A DNA stretch of 64,000 bases from an uncultured Gemmatimonadaceae bacterium (GCA_963817955.1 CAWFQK010000005.1:1-64000), one strand, 5' to 3'. Shown: positions 8,031-18,912, numbered from the stretch's first letter. Numbers and translations: made by a program. The notes: generated from the letters alone by a model not told the origin.

Positions 8031-9869
8031 TCAGGCCGACGTTTCGCGGATCATCTGCTCGGTGGTGGTGATGCCCTTCATCACCTTGAGCCACGCGTCC
8101 ATGCGCAGGGTCAGCATGCCCTCGGCGATGGCGCCATCACGAATGTCCGCTGCGCCCACATTCTGCATCACGAGCTTGCGCAGCCCCGGCGTCATCAGCA
8201 TGACCTCGTAGACACCCTGCCGGCCCTTGAGGCCGGTGCCGGCGCACTGCGGACACCCTTTGCCCTTGAAGAAGCCGAGCTCCTTGATCTTGGTGTCGAG
8301 GCTGAGGGTGGCGAGATACGGCAGGGCTTCCGGCGTTGCCTTGGCCTTGGCGTTGCGCAACGCCTCCTCGGTAAAGCGCAGGTCGCCCATTGTCGTCTCG
8401 AGCGTCACTTTGGCTGCATCCAGCTCTTCCTTGCTCGGATCGTACTGCACGCGACAGCCGGAGCAGATGCGGCGCACGAGCCGCTGCGCGAGAATGAGGT
8501 TGAGCGCCGACGCCACATTGAACGGCTCGAGGCCCATGTCCATCAGACGCGTCACCGTTTCAGGCGCCGAGTTGGTGTGCAACGTGGACAGCACCATGTG
8601 GCCGGTGAGCGCCGCCTTGATCGCGATGCCGCCCGTTTCGAGATCTCGAATCTCGCCAACCATGATGATGTTCGGGTCCTGCCGCAGGAACGCCTTCAGC
8701 GCCGCGGCAAACGTCATCCCGATCTCGGTGCGCACCAGGACCTGGTTGATGCCGAAGAGGTTGTACTCCACGGGATCTTCCGCCGTCATGATGTTGACGT
8801 CGATGGTGTTGACCTTGGACAACGCCGAGTAGAGCGTGGTCGTCTTGCCCGAGCCCGTCGGACCGGTGACGAGCACCATGCCATACGGATTCGACACCGC
8901 CTCCATCAGATCCTTCTCGGCGCGCGGCTCGATGCCGAACTTCTCGAGATCGAAGGTCAGGTTGCCCTTGTCGAGAATTCGCAGCACGATCTTCTCGCCG
9001 AAGAGCGTGGGCAGCGTCGACACACGGTAGTCGATGACCTTGCTGCCGATCTTCAGCTTGATGCGGCCGTCCTGCGGCACGCGGCGCTCGGCGATGTTGA
9101 GCTGCGCCATGATCTTGAAGCGGGAAATCAACGCCGCCTTGAGCTTCAAGGGCGGCTTCATCACCTCGAACAGCGCACCATCGACGCGATAGCGGACGCG
9201 GATCTCGTGCTCGAAGCACTCGAAGTGGATGTCCGACGCCCCGCGCTTCACCGCATCCGTGAGGATGGCGTTGATCAGTTTGACGACGGGTGCGTCCTCC
9301 ATCTGCGCCTGGAGCGCAGCCTGGGAGACGTCCTCCTCCATCTCCTCGACGACTTCCACCTCGCCCGCGGCTTCGGCCTCGAGCTCCCCGATGGTGTCCA
9401 TGAGCGACGCCATCTGCTGCTCGTCCGACGCACCAAAGACTTTCTCGATCATACTACGGAGCGTGAACTCGCCCGCGATGACCGGGAAGATGTCGTAGCG
9501 CGTGATGAACTTGAGGTCTTCCAACACGCCGAGGTTGGTCGGATCGGCCATCGCGACCGTCAAGATGCGGCCGTCACGCTTCAGCGGAATGACGAGGTTC
9601 TTCTGCGCCAGGTCCGCCGGAATCATCTTCGCGATCTTTGGATCGACCTCGAAGTTCGAGAGGTCGACCGGCCGCATCTTGTACTGCTTCGCCAGCGCCT
9701 TCGTCAGCTCCTGCTCCTGGATGAAGCCAAGCTTGACGAGGTTATACCCTACCCGCGTGCCGCTCTGTTTCTGCTCCTGCAGAGCCTTGGCCAACTGCTC
9801 AGCCGTGATGAGCCCCTCACGAAAGAGGAGATCGCCAATGCGTTCTGAGGCTGAATCCGGTGCCGCCAT
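8031..9869 (-). CDS. pilB: type IV pilus assembly ATPase PilB
   Basis: MshEN-like N-terminus (RIGDLL), GPTGSGKTTT, two CxxC motifs; ATG at 9869. Confidence 0.95.
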   Translation of the reverse strand: MAAPDSASERIGDLLFREGLITAEQLAKALQEQKQSGTRVGYNLVKLGFIQEQELTKALAKQYKMRPVDLSNFEVDPKIAKMIPADLAQKNLVIPLKRDGRILTVAMADPTNLGVLEDLKFITRYDIFPVIAGEFTLRSMIEKVFGASDEQQMASLMDTIGELEAEAAGEVEVVEEMEEDVSQAALQAQMEDAPVVKLINAILTDAVKRGASDIHFECFEHEIRVRYRVDGALFEVMKPPLKLKAALISRFKIMAQLNIAERRVPQDGRIKLKIGSKVIDYRVSTLPTLFGEKIVLRILDKGNLTFDLEKFGIEPRAEKDLMEAVSNPYGMVLVTGPTGSGKTTTLYSALSKVNTIDVNIMTAEDPVEYNLFGINQVLVRTEIGMTFAAALKAFLRQDPNIIMVGEIRDLETGGIAIKAALTGHMVLSTLHTNSAPETVTRLMDMGLEPFNVASALNLILAQRLVRRICSGCRVQYDPSKEELDAAKVTLETTMGDLRFTEEALRNAKAKATPEALPYLATLSLDTKIKELGFFKGKGCPQCAGTGLKGRQGVYEVMLMTPGLRKLVMQNVGAADIRDGAIAEGMLTLRMDAWLKVMKGITTTEQMIRETSA

Positions 9870-9931
9870 GCGGGTGAGGGGCCTGGAAGGGGGGGAACCG
9901 GGAAGCTGCGGACAGGACGGGGAGGTGTCAA

Positions 9932-11152
9932 CTACTTCATTCCCATCAACTCCGCTCGGAGCAGCACGGCCCCCGTCTTCACCATCGCGGTGTCGCAGCT
10001 GAAGGCAAAGCGAAGCGCGTTGGCGCACTGTACGCCAAACGCATCGCCTGGCGCGCTGCCGATGCCATTCTGAGCCAGACGCGCGGAGAGCTCGTCGGCG
10101 TCTCGCACGCCGAGCCGCACGTACAGCGACGGCTCGAGCGCCACCCAGAGATAGAACGCACCGTGTGGCGTGAAGGGGCGAACGCCAGGGATGTCCGAGA
10201 GCGCGGTAACCATGATGTCCCGGCGAACGCAGTACTCGTCGCGCATGGCCGGGAGCTGATCCTGCGGTCCCGTGATCGCGGCAAGCGCGCCCCATTGGGC
10301 GAGACTGTTCACGCCGTTGATCGTGCATCGCAGGAGTTTCTGGATGCGCTCGCGCAGCACCTTGGACCTGGTATGGACGTAGCCCGTGCGCAGGCCGCTC
10401 ATCGCATAGCTCTTCGAAAATGAGAATATGCTGATGACGCGAGGCGCCCAGTCGCCGGCGAGCGCGGCAATGGAATGGTGCACGTACGGCTCGTACAACA
10501 CGTCCTCGTACGCCTCGTCGGAAATGATCCACAGATCGTGGGCGCGAGCGATCGTGACGATGGCCTCGAGCCGCTCGCGCGGCACGACGGCACCGGTGGG
10601 GTTGTGGGGCGAGTTGACGAAGATCGCCTGCGTGGCCGACGTGATCGCCCGCGCGATGGAGTCCGGATCGTACGCATAATCGCTGGATGCTTCGACGGCG
10701 ACGCGCACTGGCACGGCGCCCGCCAGCCGGATGTTCTCCCCCACCTCGGTCCACATGGGATCCGGGATGATCACCTCGTCGCCGTCGGTCAACAGCGCGC
10801 CGAACGCGACGAAGAGCGCATGCATGGCCCCGTTCGTCACGAAGACTTCGTTCGGCATGACGCCGGCAATCCCATTCTTGGCCCGCAGCTTTTCGGCGAG
10901 CGCCGCGCGCAATTCCGGAATGCCGTCGTTCGGCACGTAATGTGTCTTGCCGGCCGCACCGGCGGCGGCGATCGCCTCAAGGACGTGCGGCGGCACGGAG
11001 AAGCTCGGATCCCCCGACTCGAAGCGGATCACGCGCGCACCTTTGGCCTGCGCCTGCAACAATGCCTCGCGGATCTGTACGATCTTGCCGAACGAGATCG
11101 CGTCCACGCGGTGCGCGGTGCGCTGGTCCTGTGCGGCGGCGCTAGGATTCAT
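9932..11152 (-). CDS. class I/II PLP-dependent aminotransferase
   Basis: NSPHNPTG, SDEAY, SFSKSYAMSGLRTG. Confidence 0.92.
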   Translation of the reverse strand: MNPSAAAQDQRTAHRVDAISFGKIVQIREALLQAQAKGARVIRFESGDPSFSVPPHVLEAIAAAGAAGKTHYVPNDGIPELRAALAEKLRAKNGIAGVMPNEVFVTNGAMHALFVAFGALLTDGDEVIIPDPMWTEVGENIRLAGAVPVRVAVEASSDYAYDPDSIARAITSATQAIFVNSPHNPTGAVVPRERLEAIVTIARAHDLWIISDEAYEDVLYEPYVHHSIAALAGDWAPRVISIFSFSKSYAMSGLRTGYVHTRSKVLRERIQKLLRCTINGVNSLAQWGALAAITGPQDQLPAMRDEYCVRRDIMVTALSDIPGVRPFTPHGAFYLWVALEPSLYVRLGVRDADELSARLAQNGIGSAPGDAFGVQCANALRFAFSCDTAMVKTGAVLLRAELMGMK

Positions 11153-11835
11153 TGGTCCATCCGGGAATGTTGTCGCAGCAACGGTGCGTCGATCACGTCA
11201 TCGACGAGCTGGGCGAACGATTCGACGACGATGTCGGCAGCGCGCACGATGGCGTCACGGGTCACGAAGCCGGTGAACGCGGCGAATGTATCGACCGCCG
11301 GGCGCGCGGCGAGATCGGTGATGCCGTCGCCAACCATCAGCACGGGACGATCCAATTCCAGGCTGGCGATCAGCGTCCGCTTGCCGCCGGATGTGGTGAG
11401 CGGCGAAGCCGAGTCGAACCCGGCGTACGCGCCAATCATGTCGAACGAAATATCCACGGCGTGCAGATCGGCGGAATCGACGCCCAGTAACAGCGCGAGT
11501 CGCAACAGCGCCGGACGCAACCCACCGCTCACGAGCACGACATGCGTGCCGCCCCGGCGAATGCTCGCGACCGCCTGGGCGCATCCGGGGGCGATCTCCT
11601 CCACGTACGCGCGCGACAGTGCCTCGACGTCTTCCCGGCGCGGCCGGATGGCCGCCAACCTGGCGCCGTAGACATCCTCCAGCGGAATCACCCCGCGCAT
11701 GGCCTTGTCGGTGAGCGACGCCACCTTTCGCGCCACAATGTCGCCGCGCCGCCGCGCCAGCCAATCAATGCCCTCTATGCCGGACACTGTCGAGTCGACG
11801 TCGAGCACGAGCGTCGCGTAACGCGGCCGGCTCAT
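11149..11835 (-). CDS. serB: HAD-IB phosphatase, phosphoserine phosphatase-like
   Basis: DVDST, EGID, VSGG, GDGITD motifs; in an operon with serA. Confidence 0.85.
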   Translation of the reverse strand: MSRPRYATLVLDVDSTVSGIEGIDWLARRRGDIVARKVASLTDKAMRGVIPLEDVYGARLAAIRPRREDVEALSRAYVEEIAPGCAQAVASIRRGGTHVVLVSGGLRPALLRLALLLGVDSADLHAVDISFDMIGAYAGFDSASPLTTSGGKRTLIASLELDRPVLMVGDGITDLAARPAVDTFAAFTGFVTRDAIVRAADIVVESFAQLVDDVIDAPLLRQHSRMDQ

Positions 11836-13223
11836 GCCTCCCCCAGCACGTTGCCGGGCGCAAACAACCCCGCCGGGTCAAGGGTCCGCTTCAATCCGTG
11901 CATCACATCGAGTTGGAGCGGCGTCATCTGGGCACGCAACCAGCGACGCTTGAGCTTGCCCAATCCATGCTCGGCGGCAGCAGTTCCTCCGAGCGTGAGC
12001 ACATGACGTATGGTGTACTCGACCGCCGCGTTGATGCGTGCCAACTCTTCGGCATCGTTGGCGATGAAATTCTGATGTGGATGCCCGTTTCCCGCATGGC
12101 CATACGTCACTGGATGCTCCACTCCTTGTTGATCCACGAACCGGCGCGCCGCGTCGAGGGCTTCGCCGAGCCGCCAGTAGGGCACGGCCCAGTCCGTCGA
12201 CACCTTCCGGCCCCCAAATGGCCGTCGCGCCGATCCGCGCTCGTTCATGTGCGCCGGTACGGCATGTCGGAATTTTCGCGCCGCACGAATGGCCGACGCA
12301 TCACCATAGACCGCAATGTCCCCGGCGTTCGCGCCATGTAATTCGGCGAGCGCGAGCCAGGGGTCGAGTGCTGCATCGGCCGCTGCGTCATCATCGGCCG
12401 CCTGCTCCAGATACACGAGTGATGCCATGCCGGCCATCCACTGCGGCGACTCGGTGTCGGCGCGCGCAATGGCCAGCGCCTGTTCGTCGAAGAACTCGAG
12501 GCACTGCGGCCGCGGACCAGTGCCGAGATCGCCGCGTTTGCGCGCGTCGATGACGAACGACAGGGCGTTTGGCTCGCCGGGAAACGGTATCGCCAAACCA
12601 ATCTCACGAGGCGGCAACGCGACGAGCGACAGCTCCGCCTGGACCACGACGCCCAATGTTCCCTCGCTGCCAACGATCCAGTCCACCGGATCCTGCGCGA
12701 TGTGGAAGCCAACGGTGTTCTTCTCCAATCCCGGCCGTCGCAGCTCGATCGTAGTCCCGGTGCCGTCAACGATGTGAACGCCGCGAACGTGCGCACGCGT
12801 TGCGCCATAGCGCAACGATCGCGCACCCGACGCATTGCAGGCGATGGCGCCTCCGATCGTCGCGTCATGCTCGCTCGTGGGATCGGGAGCAAAACGCAGC
12901 CCGAGCGGCGCGAGCTCGCTGTTGAGCGCGCCGACGGTGACGCCGGGCTCCACTCTTGCCAATCGTGCGCCGGCGTCGATATCGAGAACGCGAGCCATGG
13001 CCCGCAGGGAGAGCAGCAGGCCTGTCTCGGTGATCGACGCCGCCGTCGTGCTCGTCTGTCCGCCGGCCGGCGTCACGGTCAACCCTTGCGCCACCGCGTC
13101 GCACACGGCGTCGGCCACCTCGGCCATGCTCGTCGGACGCGCCACGGCGTCCGGAATCAATTCGAGTCCCGACGCGTCCCGGGCGTAGGAAAGACGGACG
13201 TCGGCATCACGCGTCAACTCCAC
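11832..13223 (-). CDS. FAD-linked oxidase, GlcD/D-2-hydroxyacid dehydrogenase family
   Basis: ATIGGAIACNASG, GSEGTLG, GHAGNGHPH, AEHGLG. Confidence 0.9.
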   Translation of the reverse strand: MELTRDADVRLSYARDASGLELIPDAVARPTSMAEVADAVCDAVAQGLTVTPAGGQTSTTAASITETGLLLSLRAMARVLDIDAGARLARVEPGVTVGALNSELAPLGLRFAPDPTSEHDATIGGAIACNASGARSLRYGATRAHVRGVHIVDGTGTTIELRRPGLEKNTVGFHIAQDPVDWIVGSEGTLGVVVQAELSLVALPPREIGLAIPFPGEPNALSFVIDARKRGDLGTGPRPQCLEFFDEQALAIARADTESPQWMAGMASLVYLEQAADDDAAADAALDPWLALAELHGANAGDIAVYGDASAIRAARKFRHAVPAHMNERGSARRPFGGRKVSTDWAVPYWRLGEALDAARRFVDQQGVEHPVTYGHAGNGHPHQNFIANDAEELARINAAVEYTIRHVLTLGGTAAAEHGLGKLKRRWLRAQMTPLQLDVMHGLKRTLDPAGLFAPGNVLGEA

Positions 13224-14863
13224 GCTCGCTCCTCGCCGTCGCGGTCGCCGGTGTGAATCACCGTCGCCGATCGAACGTCGCGGATGTCGAGCAACCGGCG
13301 TCGTACGGCCTCGGGAACGGGTCCGTCCACCGAGATCGCCGCGAGCGCTTCACCGCCCTGGGTCATGCGCGCCTGATGGTATTCGCCGATGTTGACGCCG
13401 GCGTCGCCGAGTACCGTGCCGACGTGGCCGATGACGCCAGGCACATCGTCGTTTGTCAGCACGATGAGCGTGCGCCGCGGGGCCAGATCCACCTTGAAGT
13501 CGCCGATGCGCGTGAGACGCGGCGCCGCTCCCGGTACCGCCAATCCGCCCACGGTGAGTTGTTGGCTGCCGCTGCCGACCGTCGCACGGATCACGTTGGC
13601 GTCTTCGCCCTCGAGCGCGGGAACCGTGGCGACGGCAATCCCGAGCGCCCGCGCCCGCGCGCACGCATTGATGAGATTCACACGGTCTTCGCCCGTGATC
13701 GCGGCCAGCAGCCCTTCCGCGGCCGCCGCGGAGAGCAGACTGTCGGCGCCGCCGAACTGCCGCCCAATGTGAAGCGTGAGGCGCTCGACAGTCGCCGCAC
13801 CGCGCTGCGCGAGTATGGCACGGGCGATCGCGGCCGTCTGTCGCGCCAGAAACAGCGCGCCGCGCAGATCCCGCCATCGGTCGCGGCCGACGGACGCGAG
13901 ATTCACTGCGCCCGAGAGCTCTCCACTCAGCAGCGCGTCGCGCACCGCAATACACGCATCCACCGCGACATTCCGCTGCCCCTCGGCGGTCGATGCCCCC
14001 AGATGTGGTGTGAGCAGCACGTTCTCCATGCTGCGCAAGGGATGATCGGGCGCGAGCGGCTCCTTTCCGTAGACATCGAGCAGTGCGCCGCGCAACTGAC
14101 CGCTGCGCAGCGCATCGGTGAGCGCCACGTCGTCGACAATGCCGCCGCGGGCAAAATTCGCGACGACGGCGCCAGCCCGCAGCCGAGCGAGCGCGTAGGC
14201 GTCGATCATGCCGCGCGTCTCATCGGTGAGCGGCGTGTGCACCGTGAGAATATCGACGTCCGGGAGCAGCTGGCCAAGCGAGTCGGCGCGTTCCACACGC
14301 AAGATCTCGAAGCGCTCCCGCTGCACGTACGGATCGTAGGCAATGACGCGCATGCCGAACGCGTGCGCGCGCTTGGAGATTTCGCCTCCAATCCGGCCGA
14401 GCCCGACGATGCCCAGCGTGCGACCGTTGATCTCGGTGCCGAGCAGATCGCTGCGATCCCAACGACCGGCACGCATCGAATTGAACGCGCGAGGCAGATG
14501 GCGAACGAACGACAGCAAGACACCGAAGAACAGTTCGGCAACGGCGATCGTGTTGCCGCTGGGAGCATTGATGACCGCGATACCCAGTTCAGTCGCGGCG
14601 TTCAGGTCGATGTTGTCGGTGCCCACGCCGGCACGTCCGATGACGCGTAGCCGCTCCGCCTTGCCCAGTAGCTCGGCGGGGAGTTGTGTGGCGCTTCGTC
14701 CAATGAACGCATCGTACTGGCCGATCTCTCCGAGCAGTTCGCGCCAGGGACGAGTGGGGCGCACGTCGACGACGAACGACGGTTCGGCACGCAGAAGCTC
14801 AACACCCTGCGGATCGACTTCGTCGGTGACGAGCACACGCAGAGATGCCGCTGGAACCGTCAT
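13214..14863 (-). CDS. serA: D-3-phosphoglycerate dehydrogenase (long type with ACT domain)
   Basis: RAGVGTDNID, GLGRIG, TPHLGAST, C-terminal NDDVPGVIG. Confidence 0.93.
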   Translation of the reverse strand: MTVPAASLRVLVTDEVDPQGVELLRAEPSFVVDVRPTRPWRELLGEIGQYDAFIGRSATQLPAELLGKAERLRVIGRAGVGTDNIDLNAATELGIAVINAPSGNTIAVAELFFGVLLSFVRHLPRAFNSMRAGRWDRSDLLGTEINGRTLGIVGLGRIGGEISKRAHAFGMRVIAYDPYVQRERFEILRVERADSLGQLLPDVDILTVHTPLTDETRGMIDAYALARLRAGAVVANFARGGIVDDVALTDALRSGQLRGALLDVYGKEPLAPDHPLRSMENVLLTPHLGASTAEGQRNVAVDACIAVRDALLSGELSGAVNLASVGRDRWRDLRGALFLARQTAAIARAILAQRGAATVERLTLHIGRQFGGADSLLSAAAAEGLLAAITGEDRVNLINACARARALGIAVATVPALEGEDANVIRATVGSGSQQLTVGGLAVPGAAPRLTRIGDFKVDLAPRRTLIVLTNDDVPGVIGHVGTVLGDAGVNIGEYHQARMTQGGEALAAISVDGPVPEAVRRRLLDIRDVRSATVIHTGDRDGEERAWS

Positions 14864-14876
14864 GGTCAAGAGTGAT

Positions 14877-15575
14877 CTATTCTCGTCGGACTCGGTGCTG
14901 ATGCCTAGCGTACAGGTTCGGATGCCTGGCGTACAATAGAAGGGCCTGTCCGCGCAGAGCAAGCGGGACAATCCCCACCGGCGGTCGCTTGGATCGTGCC
15001 GATGGCGTACGGCGAGGCCTGACGATCACCGTGTCGTTCGGCGAAGGTTGCACGACAGAGCCGGAATAGGTGACCAGGCTATCGATTCGTTGCAGCAGGG
15101 CCGGTCCAACGCCCGTCACTCGGCGCAGACCGGAGCCATTGAGGAATGGGCCGCGCGCCATTCGGTCGGCGACGATGCGCTTGGCCATGGCCGTGCTCAC
15201 ACCCGGCAGCGAGTCGATCTGTGCAGCGATCGCGACGTCGAGATCCAGCTTGCGCCCGATATATCCCTTACGGTCGAGCGGCGCGGGAACGCTGGACGTT
15301 TTGCGCGATGGGGTAGCAAAGGCTACGGCGCTGTCCACGCGAATCCCGGCCGCCGACCGTCTGGCCCCAGGCCTCATCCGAACGGGACCATTCGTGACGC
15401 GCTTGCGGTTTCCCGCCTTGAGCGCCGAATCAGCTGCTTGCACCTGCCGCTCGAGGGTTGGCTGTACGGCCTGTGCCGTATTGCCGCCCACCGCGCGTGC
15501 TACCCTTACAGTGGCGCCGAGCACAGCCACGAGTCCTATGAACAACAGCGCTTTGTGATCTGATGGTATCGACAT
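14877..15575 (-). CDS. ComEA-like helix-hairpin-helix DNA-binding protein
   Basis: N-terminal TM segment; IDSLPGVS...AKRIVADR...GPF...LRRVTGVGP. Confidence 0.75.
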   Translation of the reverse strand: MSIPSDHKALLFIGLVAVLGATVRVARAVGGNTAQAVQPTLERQVQAADSALKAGNRKRVTNGPVRMRPGARRSAAGIRVDSAVAFATPSRKTSSVPAPLDRKGYIGRKLDLDVAIAAQIDSLPGVSTAMAKRIVADRMARGPFLNGSGLRRVTGVGPALLQRIDSLVTYSGSVVQPSPNDTVIVRPRRTPSARSKRPPVGIVPLALRGQALLLYARHPNLYARHQHRVRRE

Positions 15576-15646
15576 GGGTATAAGGTGGGGACGGCCAATG
15601 CCTGGACCAGCACCATTCCAGTGCAAGCCTTACCGAATGCACGCTT

Positions 15647-15700
15647 ATCGCCCATCGCCCACGCCCATCGCCCATCGCCCATCGCCCATCGCCCATCGCC
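15647..15700. repeat. heptamer tandem repeat (ATCGCCC)n
   Basis: About 8 units between divergent genes. Confidence 0.9.
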
Positions 15701-15801
15701 CGGCTGCCGACAATAGAGATGTCGCAAACCGCACTGGTCCAATTCATGACAGGTGGATGGCGCGTTATCGTTTACGAACGCACTTACCTATAGGTACGCC
15801 C

Positions 15802-17469
15802 ATGAAGTCGTTGTCTTCGTTCCTCCTCGCTGGCTCCGTTGCACTCGCCGCCTGCGGCGCACCGGCCACCCTGGCGACCAAGACGGCGCCCGCGCCGGCA
15901 CAGTCCGTGGTTGTCGCGCCGTCAACGCAGGTTCCCGCGGTCACGCTGTCCGAAGCCCCGCGCAATTGGCAGTTGTTGGACGAAGCCACCGATCACGTGC
16001 CGGGAATTTCCTCTGAGCGCGCCATGCACGAATTGCTCGCGGACAAGAAGCCGCGGCAGACCGTACTGGTCGCGATCATCGACAACGGCATCGACACGAC
16101 GCACGTCGATCTCAGGCCCAATCTCTGGACAAACCCGAAAGACACCGGCAGCACCCACAAGGCCGATGTCGGCGGCTTCGCCAACGACGTGCGCGGATGG
16201 AACTTCATTGGCGGACCAAGCGGCCAGGATGTGCACTGGGACACGTTCGAGGTCACACGGGAATACGCGCGGTGTCACAACAAGCCGGCGGCGAGCGGCC
16301 AGCCACCGATCGCCGACGCCGCGCGCTGCGAGCAAGTGGACGCTGGGTTCGAGAAACAACGCCGAGAACTGGAGTCGAACGTCGCGAACTATCGCGAGGT
16401 CAGCGCGGTGATGCAGCAGATCGTTCCGATTCTCAAACAGGCCGCGAACACCGATTCGCTGACGGCCGACAAGGTGCGGGCGCTGCATCCGACGACGCCG
16501 CAGGTGACGCAGGCGCGTCAGGCTTTTCTGTCGCTTGCCGATCAAGGCGCGACGCCGGCGATCATCGACGACGGACTCACGTCGCTCGAGGGACAGCTCA
16601 AGTACGGACTCAATCCCGATTACAACCCGCGTACGATCGTTGGCGACCACTACACCGACCCAACCGAGCATCGGTACGGCAACGCGGACGTGATGGGTCC
16701 CGAGGCCAAGCACGGCACGCACGTCGCGGGCATCATCGGCGCGGTGCGGGATGACCGCGCCGGCATCAGCGGGATCGCGCCGGCGGTGAAGCTCATGATG
16801 GTGCGTACCGTTCCCGACGGTGACGAGCGGGACAAGGACGTGGCGAATGCAATTCGCTACGCCACCGACAACGGGGCGAAGATCATCAGCATGAGCTTCG
16901 GCAAAGCATACTCGCCGTACAAGGAATCGGTCGACGACGCAGTGAAGTACGCCGACGCGCATGGCGTGCTGATGGTGCATGCGGCAGGCAACGACGGTGC
17001 GGATCTCGCGACGGCAAAGAATTTTCCGAATGCGTCCTACCTGGACGGCGGGCGTCCACGGAACTGGATCGAAGTCGGCGCATCGTCATGGAAGGGCGGC
17101 GCGGACCTCGCTGCGAACTTCTCGAACTACGGCAAACAGCAAGTCGACGTCTTTGCCCCAGGCGTGGACATTCTCTCGACCGTTCCCGGGAACGCCTACG
17201 AGCGTGACAGCGGCACGAGCATGGCCGCCCCAGTGGTGAGTGGCCTCGCAGCACTCATCATGGACTACTACCCGAATCTGACCGGCACCGAAGTGAAACA
17301 AGTCATCATGTCATCGGTCAGCCGGCACACCGATCAGATGGTGAAACGGCCGGGTTCCGCCAGCGACAAGGTGCCATTCGGAAGCCTGTCCGTCACGGGC
17401 GGCATCGTGAACGCGTACACGGCCATTCAGATGGCGGAGGTGTTGTCGAACGGGAAGGCGAGGCCGTAG
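15802..17469 (+). CDS. S8 subtilisin-like serine peptidase, lipoprotein
   Basis: Lipobox LAAC; IIDNG, HGTHVAG, GTSMAAP. Confidence 0.93.
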   Translation: MKSLSSFLLAGSVALAACGAPATLATKTAPAPAQSVVVAPSTQVPAVTLSEAPRNWQLLDEATDHVPGISSERAMHELLADKKPRQTVLVAIIDNGIDTTHVDLRPNLWTNPKDTGSTHKADVGGFANDVRGWNFIGGPSGQDVHWDTFEVTREYARCHNKPAASGQPPIADAARCEQVDAGFEKQRRELESNVANYREVSAVMQQIVPILKQAANTDSLTADKVRALHPTTPQVTQARQAFLSLADQGATPAIIDDGLTSLEGQLKYGLNPDYNPRTIVGDHYTDPTEHRYGNADVMGPEAKHGTHVAGIIGAVRDDRAGISGIAPAVKLMMVRTVPDGDERDKDVANAIRYATDNGAKIISMSFGKAYSPYKESVDDAVKYADAHGVLMVHAAGNDGADLATAKNFPNASYLDGGRPRNWIEVGASSWKGGADLAANFSNYGKQQVDVFAPGVDILSTVPGNAYERDSGTSMAAPVVSGLAALIMDYYPNLTGTEVKQVIMSSVSRHTDQMVKRPGSASDKVPFGSLSVTGGIVNAYTAIQMAEVLSNGKARP

Positions 17470-17601
17470 GGGGACACGAGACACGAGACACGAGACACGA
17501 GACACGAGACAACGGGACAACGGGACTTGAGGCGCTGGACGCGCAACAACGCGTTATGCGTTAGCAGTTGTCTCGTGTCTCGTTTCCCGTGTCCCGTGTC
17601 T
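17470..17601. repeat. inverted heptamer arrays (GACACGA)n ... (TCGTGTC)n
   Basis: Each array starts at the TAG stop of one of two convergent genes. Confidence 0.85.
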
Positions 17602-18579
17602 CTACTTCACCAACGTCACCGCCACATCGCCCACGATCTGCAGGCTCTTGGCCGACAGTTTATCGAAGGTGTCCTGCATGGTGTGGTGATAGTTGGGACT
17701 CGACGGCGTGAATGCGTTATGGACGGGGGGCAGTGGTCCGTATTGCATGTCGATGACATCGATCACGTGGATGCCTTTGCGTAGAAAGGGCACGTGGTCG
17801 TCGGTGATCTGCATACCCACCTCATTCAGAAAGTACTTGTCGTACCCCAGATCAGCCGCGGTCTGCCACACACGATTCACGACTTCGGGCGCCTGCTGCA
17901 CGGAGTTGGCTTCCTGGTAGATCTGCAGGTCGGCATCGCCGATCATGTCGAAGAGCACGCCATATAGCGGCTTGTAGTCCGGCGACGGCAGGTGATTCGC
18001 GAAGTACTGCGATCCGAACAATGCGTCGGGATAGTTGCCGGAGCTGTCTGGATCGAAACTGCCCCAATCCTCACCGTCGACGAACAGCAGATCGACGCCC
18101 ACCGACGGCGGTGTCTTCTTGAAGACGTCGCCGAGCGCGAGGAAGAGGCCCACACCGGAGGCGCCATCGTTTGCACCGAGGATTGGCCGTGCCTTGTTGC
18201 CGAAATTCGGATCTTCGTCAGCAGTGGGGCGCGTGTCCCAGTGGGTGAGGTACAGCACGCGCTGCGTGGCCGACGGATTGAAACGCGCCAGGATGTTGCG
18301 CAACGGGAGCTGCGCGCCCTTGGCAGTCGTCTGCATCCAAGACTGCACGACTACGCTGTCGGTGCGCTTCTTCATTTCGGCAACGATCCAGTCCCCCGCT
18401 TTGTCGTGCGCCGGAGTGCCGGGCGTGCGCGGACCAAAGGCGAGTTGTGCCTTGACGTACGCAAGCGCGGAATCGCCGCTGAACGACGTCTTGGGTCCCG
18501 AGAAACGATCCTTCAGCTTGTCACACCCGGTCAGTGCGACGATCGCGGTGCAGAGGATCGGAAAGGATGGCATTCGCAC
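17602..18579 (-). CDS. M28 family peptidase / glutaminyl cyclase-like lipoprotein
   Basis: LTGC lipobox; HWDTR, GANDGASG, DGED, DMIGD, DDHVPF. Confidence 0.9.
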   Translation of the reverse strand: MRMPSFPILCTAIVALTGCDKLKDRFSGPKTSFSGDSALAYVKAQLAFGPRTPGTPAHDKAGDWIVAEMKKRTDSVVVQSWMQTTAKGAQLPLRNILARFNPSATQRVLYLTHWDTRPTADEDPNFGNKARPILGANDGASGVGLFLALGDVFKKTPPSVGVDLLFVDGEDWGSFDPDSSGNYPDALFGSQYFANHLPSPDYKPLYGVLFDMIGDADLQIYQEANSVQQAPEVVNRVWQTAADLGYDKYFLNEVGMQITDDHVPFLRKGIHVIDVIDMQYGPLPPVHNAFTPSSPNYHHTMQDTFDKLSAKSLQIVGDVAVTLVK

Positions 18580-18912
18580 AGGTCGTTCTCGATGCGTTGA
18601 GAGATGAATACGTTAGTAAACCAGTGATGGACAATGGATACGGCGTCGTCCGCAGCGCGGGAACGGCGAGGACGCAGGTGACAGCAGTTTGCGTCGCGAA
18701 TAGGGAGGGTCGCACTAAACCCTAAAGGAGGGGTAGGAACCCGCCGACGGCCCGTGCCGCCGATCGTCCGCGGATGGGGCTGATGTCCGGAGCAGGCCGG
18801 AAACAAGCCTTGAATTCGAACGGGTAGCGGGTGGAATTTACAGGCCAGGCACGGCCGTACAACCCTGTGGAGCATTTGAAGTTCCGCAGTCGTACGCTAG
18901 TCCCGATTTTTT

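Noticed and set aside
9870..10754. 907-aa extended PilB
   Set aside because: The extension overlaps the aminotransferase in another frame; PilB similarity starts at ATG 9869
18600..18900. Possible ncRNA (6S-like) between the M28 peptidase and lptF
   Set aside because: No extended stem or recognisable family motif seen by eye; an Rfam search would be needed
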